DNA from: a virus
Taxonomy: Duplodnaviria > Caudoviricetes
Reading direction: 5' to 3' (one strand)
IMG/VR virus record: IMGVR_UViG_3300037235_000027
Location: 1-41,960 of that record
Length of the DNA: 41,960 bases
Below are positions 9,463 through 17,786 of the stretch, piece by piece (position 1 is the first letter of the stretch; the number at the start of each line of letters is the position of its first letter). The translations under genes and the position numbers were made by a program. The notes under the pieces were generated by a model that was given only the letters and a program-made list of their open reading frames with translations, ran no database searches and was not told where the DNA came from.

Positions 9463-9688
9463 ACTAAAAGGAGAATTAAAGAAAGGTGAATATGAGTGCG
9501 CTGCATGTCACGAAGTGTTCATTGCAGCAATAAGTGAAGAACAAGCCATAGCGGAAGCAGCAGAGAATTTCCCAACAGTACCAATTGAAGAAACATCAAT
9601 CGTGTGCGAGGACTGCTTCCAAAAGATGATGGCAGATGTCAAAGCCAATCCATGGGCATATCCGCCACTACCACCTAGGAGGAAGTGA
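9356..9688 (+). CDS. CxxC hypothetical protein
   Basis: CAAC...CEDC; start uncertain (overlaps the upstream gene). Confidence 0.55.
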   Translation: MAQKQHGRIYMAKERGVKKPGRGSRKFEHPGLRFNKLKGELKKGEYECAACHEVFIAAISEEQAIAEAAENFPTVPIEETSIVCEDCFQKMMADVKANPWAYPPLPPRRK

Positions 9689-9883
9689 TGCGGATCGACA
9701 TATTATGGATCATAGCTGTCATGTTTATGGTGGCCTATGGTGGCCAAATCATCATCAACCTACTAGGACTAAAATAATGGAGGATATGAACTACTTCTAT
9801 ATCACCACCGGCACAGTCCTGTGTATATTGGGATTCGTGATAGTAGCGCCAATCTTCATACTGTGGATGAACGGAGGTAGAAA

Positions 9884-10510
9884 ATGACAAAGAAAGATGA
9901 TAAGTTCAAGCGCCCAGGTTCTGGCGTAGCGCCACCTCCACTTGATAAGGTTGAGCATGAGCTCGTACTAGCAGACATGCGCTACCTCATCCAGAAAGAA
10001 AAAGAGAATGGTGATTGGGCCAAATGGGAGGAAAGCCAGAAGCCATGGAAGAGTATGAATAATCGTTTTGAAAGTGTTGAGGTGAGCATAGCGATAACAG
10101 TGCTAGATATTTATGGCAATCCAGTAGTCATTGCTGGCCCAGCTCCAATATCTGACGCGCTCTTTGAGAATCCACCAATCCCAGATGCTATTATGCAGGA
10201 GATACGCCGCACCTATATCAACCGTGACCCACCAGCCAGCTTTGATGAGTTCCAACGTCGCGTCAACAATGACCCAAATGCAGACCCACTTGCAGCCTAT
10301 CTCAGACCAGGTAGCATCACCGCAGAAATATTCACGTTCTATGTTGGCCGCGCACCAGAGAATGATGATTTGGTTCGTGCCAATTGTGAACATGCAGGTC
10401 AGCTAGGCCATTATGGATGTGGTTGGTGCAATATGTGCATGAAGCCAAGATTCATGTGCGGTCATGGTATTGGAATGACTTCCTCAAGTAATAATGGTGG
10501 TGTGACATAA
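9884..10510 (+). CDS. hypothetical protein with C-terminal Cys/His cluster
   Basis: GGAGG RBS; NC..AG..GH..CGWC..C..PRF.CGH. Confidence 0.7.
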   Translation: MTKKDDKFKRPGSGVAPPPLDKVEHELVLADMRYLIQKEKENGDWAKWEESQKPWKSMNNRFESVEVSIAITVLDIYGNPVVIAGPAPISDALFENPPIPDAIMQEIRRTYINRDPPASFDEFQRRVNNDPNADPLAAYLRPGSITAEIFTFYVGRAPENDDLVRANCEHAGQLGHYGCGWCNMCMKPRFMCGHGIGMTSSSNNGGVT

Positions 10511-10719
10511 TGGAGGATGCGCAACATGATGACCATATATGGGTGACCGTGAGAGGTGAAGCATGGGCCATAGCCGAAATATATAAAAGCTGGATATGGT
10601 TATGGAGAGGCTATTGGCCAAATATGGAAGTTGCGCTCCTAGATACAAATGGCATTGATTGGGAGGCATATACGCAGAGGGCTGTCTTTATGATGTATGG
10701 TGATACTGTTTGGTGGTAA
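10510..10719 (+). CDS. Trp-rich hypothetical protein
   Basis: TAATG coupling; last gene of the operon. Confidence 0.55.
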   Translation: MEDAQHDDHIWVTVRGEAWAIAEIYKSWIWLWRGYWPNMEVALLDTNGIDWEAYTQRAVFMMYGDTVWW

Positions 10720-11087
10720 TTTTGTGTGATGATATTCTACGTGGAATTTTTGTAGAATTATGGTTGTTGAATTTTTGACCAAAATGTCTTGACGGTGGCC
10801 ACCAACTGGTGGGCGCAAACAGGTGAATTTCTGATTCTCCGAAAGCGTCTCCGACGCTTCTGGCTAACCCTAGATCCTCTAGGAAGCTCTAGGAGCTGGG
10901 GGTTTTTTCTAGGCTAGTCGCATAGCTTGCACCGACGAAGGGCTGATGGACGGCCTTCCTAATGCGTTTAAACGCCTATCGCGTTTGCTATGCTGCAATG
11001 TGTCGCCGAGGGCGTTTGGGCCTATTTATTAGATGCCCATAGCTGTTTTTTATTCGCAAAAATCTTTGCTTCTCACGCAAATAGTTG

Positions 11088-11116
11088 TTGCTTTCCTTCG
11101 CGACTAGGAGTAGCTT
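11088..11116 (+). promoter_or_regulatory. sigma70-type promoter with TCCTTCGCGA spacer motif
   Basis: TTGCTT-17 nt-TAGCTT; spacer motif shared with two other promoters. Confidence 0.65.
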
Positions 11117-11181
11117 GTTTCTTGTCGAGAGCGATTGTCGCCCTCGCGGATGGGGCAAGTCCCCGATAGGAGTAGTAGTAA

Positions 11182-11658
11182 ATGGTTGCGAAAAAGGCCT
11201 CCCTAGAGGAGAAGATTGCTGTGGCTGTTGCGCAGGCTCTTGCGCTAAAGACACGCAAGGTGCGCGAGCCGGTGGTTCCAGCAGACGAGCCCGAACACGA
11301 GCGCGTGGCGCGTGTCCTCCGCATACAGAAGGGTATGCGCGGGCAACTGTTGCGGCACCTCATCCGCAAGGGTCCGGGCGTGTTTACCTTCGCGGACATT
11401 AACGCGGTGGAAGGTCTCGACTGGATTTCCGCGTCGAATGTCGGGGCATGTTTCGCGCATATCGCGTGGAAGATGCAAGGCGGGTCCGAGGTTGCAAGCA
11501 AGGCGGTGGCGCCGTGCGGGTACACCCTCGCCGTCGATGGGACGGGCGTTAACGTGCGCGCTATGCTTACGCGCACAAAAGTGGCGAAAAAGGCGCCTGC
11601 GCCGCGCAAGGCTAAGGCTTTGCCCGCGCCGGTGGCAAAGGACACGGACGCCGCGTAA
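11182..11658 (+). CDS. Ala/Lys-rich hypothetical protein (possible DNA binder)
   Basis: AGGAG RBS, own promoter and downstream hairpin; basic AKKAPAPRK tail. Confidence 0.7.
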   Translation: MVAKKASLEEKIAVAVAQALALKTRKVREPVVPADEPEHERVARVLRIQKGMRGQLLRHLIRKGPGVFTFADINAVEGLDWISASNVGACFAHIAWKMQGGSEVASKAVAPCGYTLAVDGTGVNVRAMLTRTKVAKKAPAPRKAKALPAPVAKDTDAA

Positions 11659-11663
11659 AAACT

Positions 11664-11688
11664 GGGAGGGCGCAAGCCCTCCCTCTTT
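11664..11688 (+). terminator. GNRA hairpin, weak terminator
   Basis: GGGAGGGC-GCAA-GCCCTCCC-TCTTT. Confidence 0.6.
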
Positions 11689-11725
11689 CTCTACCCTCGT
11701 ATCTCACTCACCAGGAGTCACCAAA

Positions 11726-11905
11726 GTGGCACACATCTACTCAGGCACCAATAGCCAGCATCGCGAGCCCATCGACCATCTAGAGGATGGCTGGGTGGTC
11801 TACGTCAGCGACGACCAGGTCCAGATCCTTATCATCATGGTTCTTGATGATGAGACTGAATCTGAGTATGAAGCGCGGACTGATCGCTTATCATACTACG
11901 AATAA
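11726..11905 (+). CDS. small acidic protein (59 aa)
   Basis: CAGGAG RBS, GTG start, followed by a terminator. Confidence 0.6.
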   Translation: MAHIYSGTNSQHREPIDHLEDGWVVYVSDDQVQILIIMVLDDETESEYEARTDRLSYYE

Positions 11906-11908
11906 GAT

Positions 11909-11935
11909 GGGGTGGCGCAAGCCACCCTTTTTTTT
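11909..11935 (+). terminator. intrinsic terminator
   Basis: GGGGTGGC-GCAA-GCCACCC followed by T8. Confidence 0.85.
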
Positions 11936-11944
11936 ATCATTATG

Positions 11945-12075
11945 GGTGATATCTGAGAGATGGCGTATGATGCGCACCATTTCTCATATGTCACCACACC
12001 ATCATCATTGGTGATATGTGATATCTGATATCTGACTGATGATATATGATTCCTGATGATATCTGAGATGATATG
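11945..12075. repeat. TGATATCTGA-type degenerate tandem repeats
   Basis: Multiple GATATCTGA/TGATAT copies in non-coding DNA. Confidence 0.65.
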
Positions 12076-12120
12076 TTCTCGGTTTGTTCTCAATTGAAGG
12101 CTGAGGAACAAAAGGCGAAC
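12075..12120. promoter_or_regulatory. two alphaproteobacterial LexA (SOS) boxes
   Basis: GTTC-N7-GTTC at 12075-12089 and GAAC-N7-GAAC at 12106-12120. Confidence 0.65.
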
Positions 12121-12214
12121 ATTCATTTATCAATGATGGTGATTTCTGATTTTCCGCTTTTGGTTTTTGGTGCGCACCAGAATATCATTATACCATTTAT
12201 CTTAATTGTTTTTA

Positions 12215-12395
12215 AATAAACAGGACAGGAAAAAGCGTTATATATCAATGACTTAGGTGCTTCAGTCCGGTTTGTCTTGTTTGTCTTGTTTATCATAGAT
12301 CAATATTACGTAAACTCAAATATACGCCTAATGCCCTTCAGCAAACATTTATCATTTGGTGGAGCACTTTTATCAATAACTTCAATGACTTACGC
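12215..12395. other. candidate replication origin (IHF sites, short direct repeats)
   Basis: TATCAATGACTTA matches WATCAA-N4-TTR; second TCAATGACTTA; GTTTGTCTT repeats; just downstream of the helicase gene. Confidence 0.45.
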
Positions 12396-12437
12396 CTGAA
12401 AGTTAATGTAAAACATTAATCGGACAATTCTACAGAT

Positions 12438-13988
12438 TTAAAATAGATTGGCGTGTGACATTATATTACGTTCTGTGAATGTAGGATATTCCCAATTATC
12501 ATCCATATTTTCCCAACCAAAATTGGATTTTATCCTGAAATCCATCAGCCTTCTACATACTTCCAATTTCGGAATAATATAAACATTCAAACGTTCATTG
12601 CCAGATGTGTATTTATCATTACCGTTTATCATACTAACAGTTTTACCATTCTTATAAAATTGGGGCTTACCATTATCAAGCTTAGGTATCAATTCTACAA
12701 ATCGCATACCAAATGCACGTGGATCATATCTATTCTTATCATTTACCAATCTTTGCGAATTACAAAAATCCATATATAGTTTCTCTTTCACTACCAAATA
12801 ACCTCTTTCATCTTGATGCACAAATGGCAATTGTCCGCTTACCAATAGATTAAACCACCACCGTTCTACACCACTCATAGTTTCAGTTTTCTGTTCAATT
12901 TGCGCCTCAGTCACCAATGCTGTTCTCAAATTAACATCAATTTTCCAATTCATCAATACATACATGAATGCTTCCAATCCACCATATTCAAGTAATTCAT
13001 TCTCAAGAGCATCAAAATACTCTTTGACATCTTTCTGGGCGCTGCTAACATTCAAAACAAAGAAGCGCCTTTCATCAAATGATGCTGGAACTATCCAATC
13101 AGCATTGCCAATTATGATACTACGAATGTAATTATTGACAGTTCTACCTGGCAAATTCTTTGGATTGACAAATAATGTATTCTCAGATATGATTGTTTTA
13201 AATGAACTCTCATTTTGTTTGTCGCCAGCCCACAATGCCTCTTCCCAACACAATAATATGATCTTCTCCAAATGATCATTATGAGGTCCAAATATGCTTT
13301 GTCTACTGGATACAACCAAATGAATTTTCTGTTTTCTGACGTGGCCAGGTTTGCCATCCATTAGCATGCCCAGAACTTTATTTAAAAATGATTTACCTAT
13401 TCCCTTGATTCCTTTCAATACCAATGCTGTTCCCAATTTGTTCCATGGCTCTTGGAACATCTGTGCTATCCAACACATAAGCCAATGATAATGTTGTTCA
13501 TTACCACTGCATATAATATTTTTGATATAGTCCAATAATAATGGACACTCACCTTGTTTTGGTTCAATAGCGAAACCAGGCCAAGTATTATATGCGCCAC
13601 TGCGCATTGTTTTAGAATCGAATTTCCATTTGGGATCAAATACAATTCCTAATTCATATGTGCGCCTCAATGGCCATTCTAGCCATAATTTAGAGCATGG
13701 AACTGATTTTTGATTTCCTTCTTCATCTGTTATTGTTATTCTTTCATTTTCTAATAAATCTATAAAATCCTTTTTACTCATTAAATGAAATTCACCTGGT
13801 ACTCTCTCACTACCTATCATAAACTTACCTAATATTGGCGTAACACAGAATATTGAATCTACCCATTCATTCGAATCTTTAGTTGACCTAATTTCTGGAC
13901 GCTCAGCTTTCTTTTGCTGTTGCACACCAAATAGTGGATTATTTCTGAGCTGATTGAGACGAATGATGTTGTCATCATCTTCTGACAT
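12438..13988 (-). CDS. primase-associated helicase (DUF5906 / NrS-1 / D5-like SF3)
   Basis: YNTWPGF, WIAQMFQEP, Walker A GIKGIGKS, LLCWEEA, ERRF. Confidence 0.85.
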   Translation of the reverse strand: MSEDDDNIIRLNQLRNNPLFGVQQQKKAERPEIRSTKDSNEWVDSIFCVTPILGKFMIGSERVPGEFHLMSKKDFIDLLENERITITDEEGNQKSVPCSKLWLEWPLRRTYELGIVFDPKWKFDSKTMRSGAYNTWPGFAIEPKQGECPLLLDYIKNIICSGNEQHYHWLMCWIAQMFQEPWNKLGTALVLKGIKGIGKSFLNKVLGMLMDGKPGHVRKQKIHLVVSSRQSIFGPHNDHLEKIILLCWEEALWAGDKQNESSFKTIISENTLFVNPKNLPGRTVNNYIRSIIIGNADWIVPASFDERRFFVLNVSSAQKDVKEYFDALENELLEYGGLEAFMYVLMNWKIDVNLRTALVTEAQIEQKTETMSGVERWWFNLLVSGQLPFVHQDERGYLVVKEKLYMDFCNSQRLVNDKNRYDPRAFGMRFVELIPKLDNGKPQFYKNGKTVSMINGNDKYTSGNERLNVYIIPKLEVCRRLMDFRIKSNFGWENMDDNWEYPTFTERNIMSHANLF

Positions 13989-14003
13989 GAACGTTTCCCC
14001 AAT

Positions 14004-14228
14004 TTATGTTAATCCAGGCACATCTTCAGGTTTACCTGGTTCTGGTATTAATCCATGATCAATAAATTGATAATATTGTTCTCTGAGCATGAGTTTTGTA
14101 GAACCATCTTGATGTTTATAAAATACATACCATTTACCTTCAACTCTAGTGGATATTATTTTAGAATGAATAGATTGAAATGGTTTATCTGGATCTACAA
14201 TTATAAATCTTGGATTAGTGGGTTCCAT
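14004..14228 (-). CDS. hypothetical protein
   Basis: GGGGAG RBS before MEPTNP. Confidence 0.6.
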   Translation of the reverse strand: MEPTNPRFIIVDPDKPFQSIHSKIISTRVEGKWYVFYKHQDGSTKLMLREQYYQFIDHGLIPEPGKPEDVPGLT

Positions 14229-14382
14229 TATCTTTCTCCCCAATTTTATTGATTTCTACCCAAGAACCATTTTCTTTCCACCAATCAGTTTTACTTGGAG
14301 GTAATTTGACTTTTCTTTTCTTATTGATTCTCCTTTTTGGTGGTGCTGCAAATAAATCTTTGAATTTGATTTTCTCTGACAT
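14215..14382 (-). CDS. small basic protein (55 aa)
   Basis: Manual ORF MSEKIKFKDLFAAPPKRR... with GGAGG RBS directly after a promoter. Confidence 0.65.
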   Translation of the reverse strand: MSEKIKFKDLFAAPPKRRINKKRKVKLPPSKTDWWKENGSWVEINKIGEKDNGTH

Positions 14383-14411
14383 GTGTGCTACCTCCAGTAT
14401 CAGAACTTAGT

Positions 14412-14439
14412 AGTATAGCACATCGCGAAGGAAAGTAAA
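14412..14439 (-). promoter_or_regulatory. promoter of the helicase operon
   Basis: TTTACT-16 nt-TATACT with TGn; spacer contains TCCTTCGCGA. Confidence 0.65.
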
Positions 14440-14513
14440 GCATAATAATTAGATACCAGCATATCAAAATCAGATGCCTTAATTTCGACACATTCAGATG
14501 CTATTAATCATAT

Positions 14514-14756
14514 ATGATTAATGAACATCCAGAAACTGCTCGCCAACGTGCAGCACGTATATGGCGCAATCATCAAATTCAGAAATCCATTACCCAAGAA
14601 CCAGAAGTCACTATACCAGAAGTCACATTGAATGAGATTGAGGCGCGATTCAGAAAAGAAATGAGAGATGCACTCCAACAACACAATAAAAACAAATCAC
14701 TATTACAATATCTGATATTGAAGCTAAAGCAAAGGAAGAGTAAAGATGGCAAGTAA
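14514..14756 (+). CDS. hypothetical protein
   Basis: Overlaps TerS-like start. Confidence 0.6.
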   Translation: MINEHPETARQRAARIWRNHQIQKSITQEPEVTIPEVTLNEIEARFRKEMRDALQQHNKNKSLLQYLILKLKQRKSKDGK

Positions 14757-15390
14757 TGCGTACCATCCTGATGATCAACCAGCCATGCGCGCTGAAGATT
14801 GGGAACGTATGAAATTTGAGCAGCGCCAACAAGCTGAACAAGAACGTATCAGAAAAGCTCAGCAAGATGAAATCAATTGTGAGCTCCATAAAGAACAAAT
14901 TAAAATAAAGGACAAGATCAATTATACTGAAGAATTGGCACAAGAGATATGTGAACGCATTGCTGCTGGTGAATTGCTCATTAATATATGCAAAGATGAG
15001 CACATGCCCACTGTGCGCCGCTGTAATGTGTGGCTGAAGGCCAATGATGATTTCCAAATCCTCTACAGAGATTCAATAAATGATCGCTTATCCATATTTG
15101 AAGAGCAGGTGATCAGTATAGCTGATGATGCGGCGCATGATTTTAGGGAAATAGTGAAAAATGGAAAGACCATCAAAACACAAGATGCTGAAGTGATTGC
15201 CAGAGCCAAGTTGCGCGTCGAAGTGAGATTTAGACATCTCAAAGCTGGTAGGCCAGGCAAATGGGGTGATACCTCAACTCTTATCACTAAGAGTGAAGAT
15301 GAAGCTGCCATTGACAATATGTCAACAGAAGAAATGGAAAAGAAGATTGCTGATCTTGAAGAGAAGGACAATATCATTAAAGTGGTGTAA
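14746..15390 (+). CDS. terS: terminase small subunit-like protein (Sf6/P22-like)
   Basis: YTEELAQEICERIAAGELLINICKDEHMP...W...IADD...ARAKLRVEVR...PGKWGD. Confidence 0.75.
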   Translation: MASNAYHPDDQPAMRAEDWERMKFEQRQQAEQERIRKAQQDEINCELHKEQIKIKDKINYTEELAQEICERIAAGELLINICKDEHMPTVRRCNVWLKANDDFQILYRDSINDRLSIFEEQVISIADDAAHDFREIVKNGKTIKTQDAEVIARAKLRVEVRFRHLKAGRPGKWGDTSTLITKSEDEAAIDNMSTEEMEKKIADLEEKDNIIKVV

Positions 15391-15407
15391 CGAAGTTACG
15401 ATGTTAC
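15386..15407 (+). repeat. 22-bp inverted repeat, left copy (GTAAC/GTTAC iterons)
   Basis: TGTAACGAAGTTACGATGTTAC; 21/22 match to the reverse complement of 16478-16499. Confidence 0.85.
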
Positions 15408-15438
15408 GACCCCTGCGGCAATCCTTCTTACTGGCGCG

Positions 15439-16455
15439 TCAGATGAATCTGTCCCACATTTCTTGGAAGTCTTCTTTGAACCAACATCTGGTAACTACTC
15501 CACCTTTATATCTGTGAGGCTTGTTTCGTATTTGGAATTCACGTAGCATATTGCTAATCATGTTCTTTGTTATTTTGCGTCCTGAATAGTCAATCTCCAA
15601 CTCACCATCTTTGTCCTCTTTTAATTTTGAATAGAGGACATCGTTTGGTATTAAGTCAGTTTTGTACCTATCGAACACTTTCTTGGTATCGCGCAGAACT
15701 GACTCTTTGATATCTGTATCATCATTCTCGTCCATAAAAGCGAGCGCCGCGCTTCTTGCCATTGTACCAGCATTGAATGAATCAGCAATAGCTATAAGTG
15801 GGCGCCACTTATCTGCATCACGTCCTCCTAACTTAGCTGGCATCCATGGATCTGGATTCAAATCCACTTGTTTAGCCCACTTATAGAGTTGTGATGCATA
15901 GTATTGTTCTGCTTCTATGAACCGTTCCATTTTCTTAGTAGAACGATACAGCCTGATGACGAGTGATCGACTCATCAATTGGGATGGCAATCTCCCAATT
16001 CCAGCAAGAGCAACTGGGCCATATACTGGATAAGATATGACTTCACCATCTTTTCCAGTTCTTGTTACTGCTCCACCTCTGCTATGCCCATCATTTAGAA
16101 TAGCTCTCATATTCTTTACGATTGACATGTTATCCACTTCGTCAAGTAATAGTGTATGATTATTCGCTTGACGAAACAGAGATGCTACACTTGGATCAGC
16201 AGTCTTTTTGGGATTCCATACCATTGCAGCAAGTATATCCAAAACTGTGCTTTTTCCACAATTTTGGACCGGACTAAGAATGGCCAGTCTGGGTGACTTG
16301 CTATATTGATGGAAGATATGAGTGTGTAGCGCCCATAAAGCTATTCCCACCAAATAGTGTGGTTTGGTATCCAAATGTCTGCCGAAAACACCTACCAATT
16401 GCATAAGGCCATTTGCATCGCCTTGAGCAGTGGGTTTTCTCTTCGCCACTTCCAT
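15439..16455 (-). CDS. DUF3631-family P-loop NTPase
   Basis: ALWALHTH...PRLAILSP..NCGKST, TLLLDEVD, ILNDGH, GPVALAGIG, SRS. Confidence 0.8.
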   Translation of the reverse strand: MEVAKRKPTAQGDANGLMQLVGVFGRHLDTKPHYLVGIALWALHTHIFHQYSKSPRLAILSPVQNCGKSTVLDILAAMVWNPKKTADPSVASLFRQANNHTLLLDEVDNMSIVKNMRAILNDGHSRGGAVTRTGKDGEVISYPVYGPVALAGIGRLPSQLMSRSLVIRLYRSTKKMERFIEAEQYYASQLYKWAKQVDLNPDPWMPAKLGGRDADKWRPLIAIADSFNAGTMARSAALAFMDENDDTDIKESVLRDTKKVFDRYKTDLIPNDVLYSKLKEDKDGELEIDYSGRKITKNMISNMLREFQIRNKPHRYKGGVVTRCWFKEDFQEMWDRFI

Positions 16456-16477
16456 AACGGTCTCTCCTAAATAAGAT

Positions 16478-16499
16478 GTAACATCGTAACATCGTTACA
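16478..16499 (-). repeat. 22-bp inverted repeat, right copy
   Basis: GTAACATCGTAACATCGTTACA on the + strand. Confidence 0.85.
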
Positions 16500-16552
16500 T
16501 CATTGGCACTATTGCCTAAAAGGATGAAACCGCCTCACAGGTCTATTCACAA

Positions 16553-16564
16553 TGTCAAACAGCA
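16553..16564 (-). promoter_or_regulatory. boxA-like antitermination sequence
   Basis: TGCTGTTTGACA on the minus strand, in the leader of the DUF3631 gene. Confidence 0.5.
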
Positions 16565-16607
16565 AGCCTGATAGTGTTCTCGTTTTGTTTCTTTTGGCCT
16601 AGACCCT

Positions 16608-16636
16608 ATTGTAACATACTTTCGGATCTGACGCAA
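16608..16636 (-). promoter_or_regulatory. sigma70-type promoter of the DUF3631 gene
   Basis: TTGCGT-17 nt-TACAAT; shares TTGCGT and GAAAGTATG with the ligase promoter. Confidence 0.7.
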
Positions 16637-16740
16637 ACCCAGCATAAATAGTGGCGCAACAATGGTGATGATATCTGATAATTGAACATGAGAGATTTGT
16701 GCATGGATTTTGAATCGCCAGAATGCGTCGAAAAAAAGGC

Positions 16741-16769
16741 TTGCCTTCCTTCGCGATTTCGGCTAGACT
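16741..16769 (+). promoter_or_regulatory. sigma70-type promoter of the long rightward operon
   Basis: TTGCCT-17 nt (TCCTTCGCGA...)-TAGACT preceded by an A-tract. Confidence 0.7.
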
Positions 16770-16777
16770 ACCCTCTA

Positions 16778-17333
16778 GCCCGCTATAGGCGCGGGCGAGG
16801 ACTATTTGATCTGACTTCTACTGCGGTTACACTTGACATTCCGCCGAAAGCGGTTCCTGCGGTTTTTGACAGATCCTACTACATGCTGTTTGAAATTCGA
16901 GAGTAGACTTATGCTGGCCGGGCTCGTCCGTGTTCGGGGCCACATTGCTGCGTGAATCAACGCGCAGCAAGTTGTAACGTGAGCAGTAAAGCTATTACTT
17001 GTGAAAGAGCGTAAGTATCACGGGGTTGCGAAGAACAACGCTCTGATACGAAAGGCAAGCGCGCGACAAGTTGCCTGAGGATGTTTGACCAGCCTTAGAT
17101 GCAGGAAAACAGATTTGACGAACTCATGTAACACCCTGTTGAGCCACAAGCAAGAGACAGTGTTTTGAGGGTGCAAACTGGACGGGAACAAAAACCGTAC
17201 GTGGCGAGCAAGGGAACATCCGAAACCCAGACATTGTGCGATAGTGTCTGGTGACCCAAGAATCAAAGACAGCAATACAGAGCACAGCGGGATGAAATAA
17301 CTCCTGCTGTGTTCAATAGTGCTGTCAGCACTA
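16778..17333 (+). ncRNA. large structured leader/ncRNA of unknown class
   Basis: No credible ORF; about ten helices found by eye, including long-range GGATGTT/AACATCC; starts at the predicted +1. Confidence 0.6.
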
Positions 17334-17348
17334 GAAAGGAGAATCAAA

Positions 17349-17786
17349 ATGTCTTATAGAAGTAAAAAGATTCAGAAAGAAAAGCATGAATCGTATTCTG
17401 CGTCATTGCGACAAATAGTTCTCTCAACAACGAGAGATCGTCTGCCACAACAAGACGGATATATTGTGGCCAACAGCGCAAGAATGAAGCGTTCTAAGTG
17501 GCGTATAGCAATTGATCCAGAAAATAGCAAGAAAACGCGAAAGGTTTCAGGATTCAGAATTAAGGTTAAGATTAAGGATACTGATAAAGTTCATAAATAT
17601 AGAGATAACGATCAGAATTTAGGATATATCAGCAAAAAGAAGTATTATGGTAGATTTACAACTAATCCAAAGACCACAGGGCGCGTCTTAGCAGTTATTG
17701 AACAACCAAAGCAAGCTGCGCCTCAAGATTCAGAATATATGCAGATTGATGGTATAACCATCGAAGCAGAGTACACTGAGGAGTAA
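17349..17786 (+). CDS. highly basic hypothetical protein
   Basis: AAGGAG RBS before ATG 17349; K/R-rich. Confidence 0.75.
   Translation: MSYRSKKIQKEKHESYSASLRQIVLSTTRDRLPQQDGYIVANSARMKRSKWRIAIDPENSKKTRKVSGFRIKVKIKDTDKVHKYRDNDQNLGYISKKKYYGRFTTNPKTTGRVLAVIEQPKQAAPQDSEYMQIDGITIEAEYTEE

Noticed and set aside
10988-11725. Alternative long ORFs (11073..11675 -, 11085..11402 +, 5' part of 11312..11905 +)
   Set aside because: GC-rich shadow frames without RBS; 11182..11658 has promoter, RBS and downstream hairpin
17043-17225. Possible fourth hammerhead (CTGATAC-GAAA; CTGAGGA...GAAAC) in the long leader
   Set aside because: Core spacing is wrong: no CUGANGA directly joined through a stem II to GAAA, and no stem III-UH-stem I arrangement
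16682-17347. ORFs 16682..16906 (+) and 17018..17347 (-)
   Set aside because: They span the promoter or run antisense to the structured leader; no RBS and unprotein-like composition
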